From Podarcis pityusensis (Eukaryota): a DNA stretch of 64,000 nucleotides. Under the pieces are notes generated by a model. That model ran no database searches. It worked only from the letters and a program-made list of their open reading frames with translations, and was not told the origin of the DNA. The translations under genes and the position numbers were made by a program. Every line of letters begins with the position of its first letter. Position 1 is the stretch's first letter. This document shows, piece after piece, positions 28,811 through 49,800 of this stretch. The stretch lies in the NCBI GenBank assembly GCA_964106645.2, contig OZ067045.1. One strand, given 5' to 3'.

Positions 28811-29510
28811 GTGAGTAGCTGCAGAAAGATTCTGCCTGCATGAACCCTCTTCTTGGAAACTGCCTCCTTCAGGGGCAAGGCAGGAGTTGTGCATGGCAAG
28901 GGAGACTTGGGAACCACCTTGCTGGCTGGCCAGGTTTGGAATGCACCTGAACATTGCTCCCTGTGTGTGCCTCTGGGAGGAGTGAGTGGCCGAAGCTCTG
29001 CCGCTTCATTGAAGGTTTCTGCCGGTTTTTGTGGCTGTCTTTGTGCAAGTGTTGTGCAAGGCTGTCTTTGTGCAAGTGTTAGCGGCTGTGGCTTGCCTCT
29101 CTCCACGGCACACTTTGGAGGCAGAGGGAAAGACCGGGACTTCTTGGGTTTATGGTCCAAGACGCAAATCAGGGTGTCAAGTCGTTGCTGTTTTTTAAAA
29201 GCGCAACCTGGTGTTTTGGATGCCATTTGTGGAGAAAGCCAGAAGTTTTTGACTACTATTCCTGTGGATGCTAAGTAATTTGAGATTATCTGTCACATGT
29301 TATTGATTGCCTAGGGCTAACCCCTCCCCCCACCCAGTTATTGATTCCATACAGCTGCTTTATATTCAATACTTGCTGAAATTAGTATTAGCTGTGACTG
29401 TTTCATCTTTCTTTATATGATAAAAGCAGCCTGGTGTGCCTGAATCTGAAGGAAATATGTGGGGAGGGGCCTTTTTTCCCTTTGGAAGCCAGGGGTTGGA
29501 GAGATTATTT

Positions 29511-29520
29511 CCATTTTTGG
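29511..29520. promoter_or_regulatory. Intronic CArG box in ACTG2 intron 1
   Basis: CCATTTTTGG is a perfect CC(A/T)6GG about 700 bp into intron 1; a degenerate CCATTTGTGG is at 29223. Intron-1 CArGs are typical of smooth-muscle genes. Confidence 0.5.
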
Positions 29521-31357
29521 GAAAAGCTTGTGAGAAACCTCGTGTTTCTGTTTACTCTCGCCCAGAGTCCTGGCGTGGGATGCCAGGCTTGCTCTCTGAT
29601 TCATGCCTGCAGCTTGCGGAAAATTTAGAAAAATTCCAGAGGACACAGAACAAGGCTTGCGTGTTAGAAAAGGAAAATATAAGTATGTGATACAATTGCA
29701 TCCTCCAGGGAAGGAAAAGTAAAGTGATCCAAAATCTCTGGTGTGTGAAAACTCTTGTGCAGAAACCCAGCATGAAAGTAACTGCCCTCTGCACCTGCTC
29801 TGTGACACCTCCCTCTGGTAAAATCCTGGAATTAGGAAAAGAATCAGAGTCTGAGAGTTGGTGAGCCCAGGTCCAGTTAAGTCATGTTCCTTGGGGGCCC
29901 ACTTTTATTTAGTATTTATTATTTTATTTATTCAACTTATATACTGCCTTTCATCAAAAGATCCCAGGGTGGTGTACAACATTAAGAACACACTTTAAGA
30001 CAGCCACTGTGGTGGAGTACCTGGAGTGGCCTGACTTGGACCTGGGAGACCTTGGGCCGGTCACTTACTCTTAGCCTGAACTACCTCACAGGGTCGTTGT
30101 GAGGAGAAAAGGGGTGTGTGGGAGGAGAACCCCTTGAGCTCCTTAGAGGAAAGGTGGGATATAAATGCAAGAAATACGTTAATTAATTAATTAAATAAGA
30201 TGAGACTCTCACCACCTGCTCTGCAGATGCGCTGAGATATATAGTCATTTCAATCTTTGATTCTTTGGAAATGGTATCATTTACATAAAAACCTCAAGCT
30301 TTAAATCTGAGTGGCATTTAACCAGACTGTGTTGAAGCTGAATCAGTGGAACAAGCCATGGCAACAGCAGGGAAGTCGAGGCAGCTGTCTTCTGGTCACG
30401 ATGGCACCTTAGGCAAGGGATGAGACGTGAAGGGCAGGGTGTCAGATGTGGAGGAGCTGGCTGGAAGAGGGGAATTCCTTGCTGGATCAGGCCAAGTGAG
30501 GCTCATCTAGTACAACAATCAGTTCGCAAGAGGGGCCGCCCCACTGGGAAGCAGGGCAGGCAGGCATGCAATTGTTGGCCTGGCTTTCCCCTGTTGATTT
30601 CAGCATCTGGCATTCAGTGGCTTTTTTCAGCTGGAACTCATTGGAACTGGGTTCTGGCACCTCTCAGGTGTATGACATTGTCATTATACGAGAATAAGGG
30701 AGGCATTCATGGTGAGTTCTGGCGCCTTTTTTCTAGAAAAATAGCACTGGGTATACTGCCTCTGTACAGAGTCTCCACATATGTACTGTGGGTAATGGCC
30801 AAGCCCTAGGCTCCATGAACTTATCCATTCCATTTTTATAAGCAAGAGTGGATGCTTCAATCATTTCAGCTGCTTCCTGCAGCTTGCAGTTGTTTTCCCG
30901 GCTTTTGTGAATGGAAAAATCATGAGCTCCCCATCAGCTCAGCTTCATGACACATGGGGCTTACTTGCCATGATTCTCCTGCTCACACTAGTATTGCTAA
31001 GGGGTTTTCCATCTGGCCTTCTGTGTCTCTGCAGTTTGCTCCAATGGATGGGTTGCATCCTTTGATGTTTTCGGTTGGTGCCTTGAAAAGGAATTGGAGG
31101 ACAGCCCCAAAGTTGCTAAAGCAGACTTGCCCAGCCTTGGACCCTCCAGATGTTCTGCACTACAACATCAGCCCTTGTATACTATGATGGGAATTGTAGT
31201 CCAAAGCATATGGCGGGCGCCAGGTTGGGTCAAGGGGACAAATTCTTTCTGATCACAATAGGTCCATCAAAAACCTTTAGCTGTTTTATGCCAGCAAAAC
31301 TATCATGGCTCCCCTCAAAGAATCCCGACAATGGCATTTTGGTGAACATCCTGGTGA

Positions 31358-31560
31358 TAGATTCAGGTAGGTAGCTGTGTTGGTCTGATGCAGTATATAT
31401 ACCGTATATATGTTGTATATATGTTGGTACTGTATAAGCTTTTGTGTGCATGCACACGACTTCAGATAAGAACTTCTTCGTATCTGAAGAAGTGTGCATG
31501 CACACGAAAGGTTATACCAAGAACAAATTTAGTTGGTCTCTAAGGTGCTACTGGACAATT
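31358..31560. mobile_element. Penelope-like element remnant with head-to-head inverted pLTR segments
   Basis: gtatCTGAAGAagtgtgcatgcacacGAAA...ttagttggtctctaaggtgctactgg on +, inverted copy at 31432-31468. The 3' end (cagaccaacac.gctacctacctgaat) is on the minus strand at 31361; another such end is at about 19283-19320. Confidence 0.75.
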
Positions 31561-31561
31561 T

Positions 31562-31566
<5 letters not shown>

Positions 31567-31605
<39 letters not shown>
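31567..31605. repeat. (TA)n microsatellite
   Basis: Direct reading. Confidence 0.95.
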
Positions 31606-31609
<4 letters not shown>

Positions 31610-32532
31610 CCGGTGATAATTCTGCTAGCCATCCACCCTCACAGAGGTACAGGCCCCAGAGCAGGTTCCTTGCAGAAACGAAATGACTGTCAAGCTAAAT
31701 CTGCACTGCAAACATGCTTTATGGGGTATCCTTTCACGGCTGGATTCACTGGCTGCCTTCAAGTCAGTTCTTTGGTCAGTCTCTGTGTTTAATGCTTGCA
31801 ACATAATTGAATCCCCTTCTGCCTGTCCTTCATTCAGGGCTGCCTGAGCCAAAACACAAGATTCCAACTCTCCAGTTATAGCATTCTATGATTAGTGCAA
31901 ATTTATTCTAATAAACATATTTTTGTATGCAATTTGACTTATATATGCAGCAACATCCCCCAATAGGATGCGGTTTTGTATGTCATTTTCAATAATATAT
32001 TAATTTTTATGTGCACTTTCCCTTAGTATATGCATTTTTGTAAGCGCTGGTTGTCAAACTGCATCACAAAATTCAGATGAGCATGAATTCTGAAGGATAA
32101 TTCTGTCTTTTGGTTCGCATATTGTTTTGAAAAGAGCAGATTTGATAGCTTCAGCTTTAATTGAAATACTTTATTGTCACTTGTACAAATTGTATACAGT
32201 GAGATTACAAGTGAATCTTGGATCGAATTCCCCCTCCTCCTCTACCTCAGAAAGAAAATGGGTTTTTCAAGGAATGATCAACCCACTGTGTAAAAAGCAT
32301 GTGTGTTCTCCCCAGATATGCAGTGACTGCCCACTATAATAGCAGCTCCCACTCAATGCTGGTGAGAGGAGATCAGGCTAGCTTGGAGGGCAAAGTGCAC
32401 ACATCTCCGTCTTCAAACCCCTCATTGCCACTCCCTGTAGCATCTTCTGTCTGATGCCTTTGCCTAATGATGCCTCTTGCTTTCACCAGCAAAGACCCCC
32501 CCTCCTGCACAGTCCCTACATGTCCTTCCTGA

Positions 32533-43117
<10,585 letters not shown>

Positions 43118-43201
43118 AGGCCAGAGCTAGATTCTTCTAGAGCATGGAGACTCCTTCCTCCTCCTCCTCCTTTTGCAATTCTTTCTAACTCTTCAATAAG
43201 C

Positions 43202-43207
43202 ATTAAA
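43202..43207 (+). terminator. Probable ACTG2 poly(A) signal ATTAAA (short 3' UTR)
   Basis: ATTAAA 85 nt after the stop, followed by T/GT-rich sequence. Confidence 0.55.
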
Positions 43208-43259
43208 ACGTTTTTCAAACTCTGCCTGTAGCACTTTGTCCCCTGTTGTTGCTGCTGCT

Positions 43260-43860
43260 GTAATCTACCTTGCACCCTAAGGCTCAGGGCAGGTCACAAC
43301 AATTTAAAATACCATTTTAAAACACACAACAGTTTTTTAAAATCACAAAAAAACAGTGGGGGTTCTGAAAATATACATTTTAGGTGTCAAAGGTGCTAGG
43401 ATAAAAAGATGTGTCTTCAGCATACAGTGGAAACTATATAGTGAAGGGCCAGGTGTACCTCTGTGGGGAAGGAATGCCACAACTTAGGGGCTGCCACAGT
43501 GAATGCCCTCTTCTGGCCTACCACCACTCCAAACTTCTGTGGGTTGTGGAACTACCAAGAGGGCCTGCTCTGTTGACACTAGAAAACTGTTTGCAGCAAT
43601 GAGGTGGTCTCTTTCAGATATTTGGGGCCTGAGTCCTTTTGGGCTTAAAATGTTGATGTAATGACCCTGAATTGGGACCAGAAATGAACTGGCAACCAGT
43701 TCAGTTGTTCCAAAACAGCAGCTCCATGAGATCTAAACAGAACCCCAGCCAATAATCTGGATGCTGCATTTTGGACCAATCGAAGTCGCTGGGTCGTTCA
43801 AGCACATTGTAATAATCCAGCCTGGGAGTTACCAGAGCATGGAATACAGTGGTTAGGTCT
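43260..43860 (-). mobile_element. Old L2 fragment immediately 3' of ACTG2
   Basis: Degenerate L2 ORF2 end on the minus strand (gctgcattttggacc, attgtaataatccagcctggg). Confidence 0.7.
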
Positions 43861-44383
43861 TTTGTATGCCATTGATCTTCACATCTGGCTCTTGAGTAAA
43901 CTTATTTATGTTTTATAAAGGGAAGGTATGCAATTCAGAGGAGTGGAGGTTGTTCAAATGAAATAAACCTTTACCTGAAAATTCAGTACTTCAGATGCTA
44001 GTCTGTTGCATGAAAAACAACAAAACCATGTGGCATCTTAAGAGGGCTGAATCAAGACCATGATGGTCCCTGGGCCAGCAGCCTGTAGTGGGTACCCTAC
44101 TCTACTCCCAACTCTAGAGTCCCATGTACGACATCTTGGGCATGTGAACACACTCACACAAAGAAAAAGCATGTTATGTGCAACGATGGGGTGGTAAGCT
44201 CTACTCACAGTCAGATTAATGGGCCTAAGTTATGTCCATTGATTTCAGTAGGTTTACTGTGAGCAGTGCTTAGTTGGATACAAGCCATGTAGGAAACATT
44301 TCTACATATCTTAAAGCAGGGGCAGCCAATGTGGTGCCTCCCAGATGATGTTGGACTGCAGCTGTTGCCATTTGCTGACCATT

Positions 44384-45333
44384 AATCCGTAAACAGACCC
44401 CCGTGTTGCAATATAGACAAGCTGAACAAAATAACACAACACGATGGCCAATAACAATGGCACAGAACACTACTGTATTTATAGACTAATCCAAATGATC
44501 AGAAATTGCAACCAGTCTCTAAATCTTCACCAGTCGTGGCAGAGTAATTCAAAAGTTTGATATATACATAATCTTGATGAAGAATTGATTAAGATTGGCT
44601 GATGAAGCATTGAATGAAACAGATTGGTTATCCAGAAACTTCTGTTCCAGCGATATTTGATGACAGATTATGGGACGCGGATGGCGCTGTGGGTTAAACC
44701 ACAGAACCTAGGACTTGCCAATCAGAAGGTCGGCAGTTCAAATCCTCGCGACGGAGTGAGCTCCCATTGCTCGGTCCCTGCTCCTGCCAACCCAGCAGTT
44801 CGAAAGCACATCCAAGTGCAAGTAGATAAATAGGTACCGCTCTGGCAGGAGGGAGTGCTTAGGGGATGCGGGTGGCGCTGTGGGTTAAACCACAGAGCCT
44901 AGGACTTGCCGATCAGAAGGTCGGCAGTTCAAATCCTCGTGACGGAGTGAGCTCCCATTGCTCGGTCCCTGCTCCTGCCAACCCAGCAGTTCGAAAGCAC
45001 ATCCAAGTGCAAGTAGATAAATAGGTACCACTCTGGCGGGAAGGTAAGCGGCGTTTCCGTGCGCTGCTCTGGTTCGCCAGAAGCGGCTTAGTCATGCTGG
45101 CCACATGACCTGGAAGCTGTACGCCGGCTCCCTTTGGCCAATAAAGCGAGATGAGCGCTGCAACCCCAGTTGGCCATGACTGGACCTAATGGTCAGGGGT
45201 CCCTTTACCTTTACCTATGTATATATCAAACTTTTGAATTGTTCTGCTGTGACTGGTGAAGGTTTAGATTAAATAGTGATTAAATAGTGTTAATGCCATT
45301 GTTATTGGCCATTGTGTTGTGTTATTTTGTTCA
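44384..45333 (+). mobile_element. Penelope-like insertion with inverted arms and 14-bp TSD, split by a SINE
   Basis: TSD ATTTGCTGACCATT (44370 and 45334); inverted arms 44423-44574 vs 44665-44671+45217-45333; CTGATGA...GAAAC core between the arms. Confidence 0.62.
44672..45216 (+). mobile_element. Sauria SINE with internal duplication and chimeric insert
   Basis: The 5' half is repeated (44672-44846, then from about 44862); tail ACCTTTACCT. Confidence 0.92.
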
Positions 45334-46141
45334 ATTTGCTGACCATTGGCCATGCTTGCTGGGACCAATGGCAACAGCAGCCCACAACATCTGGAGGGAA
45401 CCGAGCTGGCTGCATCTTCTGCACTTCACCGGAAGCAAGACTGGAAAGGCCCCCTTCACACATTTGTTGTGCCACGGGGTCTTCTTCAGTGCAAGCACTG
45501 GCCTCACCCCTGGTGCTACGTGGATTTCCTGGCCCTCTTCCAACCTGCACATGCTGGATGTTGCCACCTGCCTCAGGGACGCCTGCCTGATTCTCCTGCT
45601 GCCTATGTCCAGGGTGTGGCCATTATGGCGGAGGCTGGGGAAAGGGCAGCGTCTGGAGCACGGCCAGCAGCATGTTCACTGGCCCCTTGCTCTGGTGGAG
45701 CCCCCTTTGCACAGTTGACACATGAAAGGGGCTTGACACATCCCCAAAGGGAGCAGGGGTGATGTGCTGCCTCCTGCCTCCACTCGACCCCCTTCCACAT
45801 GAGGGGCACAGCCTCTTGCTCTTCTGCTGCCTCAGGTGGCTGCTTCATTCCGCCTAATGGGTGGGCCGGCTCTGGTTCTTTGGCAACTTTTCTTCGCTAG
45901 AATCCCTGTTTTTACCTCTGCAGCACAGAGCTGTGAAATGCCACTCAAATGCGTTCCAGGAAATGCTCCGAGCTGTGAGAGGAGAAGTGGCCTCCCTCGT
46001 GCTTTTTTGTTACAGGCTGCAGGGAGAGGAGGTGGCTACGCTACCGAGCACTGCAGGGGGGCCTTCTCCCGAGGAGACATGCATAGGGTGGCGCTGCAGG
46101 TGCCTGATCCTCTCCAAACATAACTCCAACAAGCACACCCT

Positions 46142-46500
46142 AAAAGGTAAAGGTAAAGGGACCCCTGACCATTAGGTCCAGTCGTGGCCGACTCTGGGGT
46201 TGCGGTGCTCATCTTGCTTTACTGGCCGAGGGAGCCGGCATACAGCTTCCGGGTCATGTGGCCAGCATGACTAAGCCGCTTCTGGCGAACAAGAGCAGCG
46301 CACGGAAACGCCGTTTACCTTCCCGCCGGAGAGGTACCTATTTATCTACTTGCACTTTGACGTGCTTTCGAACTGCTAGGTTGGCAGGAGCAGGGACCGA
46401 GCAACGGGCGCTCACCCCGTCTCGAGGATTCGAACCGCCGACCTTCTGATCGGCAAGTCCTAGGCTCTGTGGTTTAACCCACAGCGCCACCCGCATCCCC
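46142..46500 (-). mobile_element. Sauria SINE abutting the DGUOK CpG island
   Basis: Reverse copy; TSD aagcac(a/t)ccct (46131 and 46502). Confidence 0.92.
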
Positions 46501-46870
46501 TAAGCACTCCCTCCTGCCCCGCAAATGGCCGCCCGCGGGAGTACTGCTGCCCCGAGCTGGCGGAGCCCAGCGCCGGAACCAAGTGAACTGGGCCCCTTTG
46601 GGCGGCGGGCTCCGGAAAGACACGAGCGACTTCGGCAGGGCGGGGGCGCAGGCGCAATAGCGGGGCTGCGCCTCCCGACAGCTGGGCGCTGGGTGGCGCT
46701 GCTCTGCGCGATGGCTGCGGCGCGGGAGGCCGGCAAGAGGCTCGCCATCGAGGGAAACATTGGTAATGGGTCTGGGGACGGGGGGCAGGAGGAGCTCGGG
46801 GGTCTTTCCTTCCATTGTATGTCGGCAGCGCCGTCCTGCGACTTGGAAGCGCCCGTCCAGCCGGAGGTGG
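46490..46870. promoter_or_regulatory. DGUOK: DGUOK CpG-island promoter
   Basis: Very GC- and CpG-rich. GC box GGGCGGGG at about 46638, NRF1-like GCGCAGGCGCA at 46646-46656, ETS-like CCGGAA sites, YY1-like AAATGGCCGCC at 46523. Confidence 0.8.
46711..46762 (+). CDS. DGUOK: DGUOK exon 1 coding part
   Basis: [18 protein letters not shown]|gtaatg; 5' boundary uncertain. Confidence 0.8.
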
Positions 46871-49800
46871 GGGGGGGGGGGAGGAACTCTGCACTTGCTT
46901 AGAGGCAGCCTTATTATTGCCTTGGTCGCTCGGGCCCTTGCACGGTTGCAGGAGATATGCCTTAGGAGCAATGCTCCGCCCCATTCCCCGTCTTGCTCCA
47001 GTTGGGGAAGACGCGCAGTCTCGGGCTTTGGCGAACCTCCAGGGAAGATCTTGGTTGGGTGGGTGGTGATTGATTTATTTACTATATTTCTATGCTGCTT
47101 TTCATTCAGATGAATAGCAGTCGGTTACAAACAGTAAATAACATTCCAAACTCAACGCAAATCATATAGAACAGATAACAGATCATAAGTAAAACTATTA
47201 CAATCCATATAGCACCATCAACTAAAAAGGTTAAAGCATGAACTGGAGCCTCCGCGAGTGTTCAGAAGTGAATGGAACTTGGTGGTGGTGGTTGCAAGAG
47301 CGCTGTTAGGTTGGGCAGTATTATTACACCCCATAATATGCAGAAAGGGAGTGGGGCCAGGGTGAGGTGCCAAGTGGGTCACATGCACACCATACGTTTG
47401 AAGCACATGGCATCCGAATCCTGGGAACTGTGGTCGCTTAAGAGTGCTGGGTATTGTAGCTCCTTGAGGAGCAAACTACAGGTCCCAGGATTCTTTATCC
47501 AATAAGGTGAGTGTTGGAAGATTCAGGACAGGGGAAAAAAATGCCCTCCTTCATGCAGCATGTAGTTTAACTATGGAACTCACTTCCACAGGAGGCAGCA
47601 GTGGTCACCAACTAGGTAAAGGTAAAGGTAAAGGTACCCCTGCCCGTACGGGCCAGTCGTGTCCGACTCTAGGGTTGTGCGCTCATCTCACTTAAGAGGC
47701 CGGGGGCCAGCGCTGTCTGGAGACACTTCTGGGTCACGTGGCCAGCGTGACGAAGCTGCTCTGGCGATCCAGCACCAGCGCAGCACACGGAAACGCCGTT
47801 TACCTTCCCGCTATAAAGCGGTACCTATTTATCTACTTGCACTTAGGGGTGCTTTCGAACTGCTAGGTGGGCAGGAGCTGGGACCGAAAGACGGGAGCTC
47901 ACCCCGCCGCGGGGATTCGAACCGCCAACCATACGATCGGCAAGTCCTAGGCACTGAGGTTTTACCCACAGCGCCACCCGCGTCCCTGCTTAAAATTTAT
48001 ATACTGCTTGACTGAAACCCCCACCCACCCTCAGAGCTGTTTGCCAGAATGATTCTTAGGGGGAAGCCATGTGCTCCAAGTATGTGGTGTGATTGTTACA
48101 TCCCATCTCCACGGCTCATTCTCTGCACAACGTAAGCAGAATGAGGTTGCTTTTCCTTTTGCTGATATTTGGAAACGCAGTATAAGGAGGAATGTTGACT
48201 AATGGGCATACGTGCTTTTTGCTCCGCCAGCGGTGGGGAAGTCAACGTTTGTGAGAGTGCTCAGAAAAGCCTTTCCAGAATGGTCCATGATCTCGGAGCC
48301 AGTGTCCAAGTGGCAGAAAGTTCAAGCTGCTGGTCCCCACCAGGTAAGAGTCCAGATGTAAAACTTGTTTGGTCTGTAAGGAACTGAGCTATTTTGGTTC
48401 AGAATATTGTATTCAATCAACTGGGAGTTCTTCTTCAGTACAAGAATTCTGAGCAAAGGGGAAACTTGCCTTCTTACCAAAATAATCATTCAGATAAAAT
48501 AACCATTCACTCTCGTGCAACTTCCTTTGGCACCAAAGAGTATTCACCCGCTTTGTGCTAAAGCAGGCTTCCTCAAACTCAGCCCTCCAGATGTTTTGAG
48601 ACTACAGTTCCCATCATCCCTGACCACTGGTCCTGCCTAGCTAGGGATCATGGGAGTTGTAAGCCAGAAATATCTGGAGGGCCGAGTTTGAGGAAGCCTG
48701 TGCTAAAGGTTATAAGAACACCAGTAGAGCCTGCCGGATCAGGCCAATGACCCATTGAGTCCAGCATCCTGTTCTCCCTGTGGCCAAGCAGATGCCTGTG
48801 GAAAACCTTCCAGCAGGGAACGACTGCAAGAGCAGCCCTCTCTCCTCCTGTGGTTTCCAGGAGCTGGTGTTCAGAAGCGTTGCCGCCTCCGACTGGGCAG
48901 GCAGAGCACTGCCATCATGGCTTATATAGCCACAAATAGCCTTATCTTCCTGAATCTTCCAACGTTTGGCTCCCCTGAATGCCTACGAATTTTAGTGTTC
49001 TGAGAGAGGTAGAAAAATATTTCTCTATCCACTTTCTCCATACCATGCATGATTTTATAAAGTTCAAAAAAACTTCTATAAAGATTTTTAAAGACTCCAC
49101 CCATCCCCTATGCTGTTCCTTATGTGCTTCCATTTATCCCAGCTTGCTGGCTGGGACTGAAAGGAGTCCAAAACATCTGGAGGGCACCAAGTGGGAGAAG
49201 GTTGAGCTGGAGGGAGGCGAAGAGAAGAGGAACCTTGCAATATCTTCACATGGCACAGGTTCACAGGCCCTGCTGTGGCCTCCCCCCAGAAAACACGCAC
49301 TTTGTTTTGTGGTTCCTTTTCCGTTCGGTTCTTAAATGTTTGTCTCTTAAATTATTCCCCGTCACAGGCCTCTCCTTCTCAGAGCTTTGCAAACCTGCTT
49401 CAAATGATGTATCAGGAACCCTCGCGATGGTCCTACACATTCCAGACTTACTCATGCCTGAGTCGGCTGAAGGCGCAGCTGGAGCCTCTGTCTGTCAAGC
49501 CCCTGAAGATGTGGGACCATGTGCGGGTTTTTGAGAGATCTATATACAGTGATAGGTATGGTGCCACAGTCCTGTTCCTGAAGTTGGCAGCAGCAGCAGC
49601 AGCAACAGTGAGATGGGGCCACAGGCCAAGAGAAGTGGGGAGATGTTTGCCTTTTGAAAGAACTGTACACCCCCTTTTGAAATGTTCTCAAGTATTCAGT
49701 GCCCCCTCTCCATGTGCAGAGTGCTCTGCAGTTTCTTCCCACGCTTTCATTGTTGTTGAATGTCCTTGCAGTTCCTTCCAACTTATAATTGGGGAAACTA

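Noticed and set aside
46460-46984. Several long antisense ORFs suggesting a divergent gene
   Set aside because: Expected from stop-codon scarcity in a CpG island; low-complexity Pro/Arg/Ala products with no recognisable domain.
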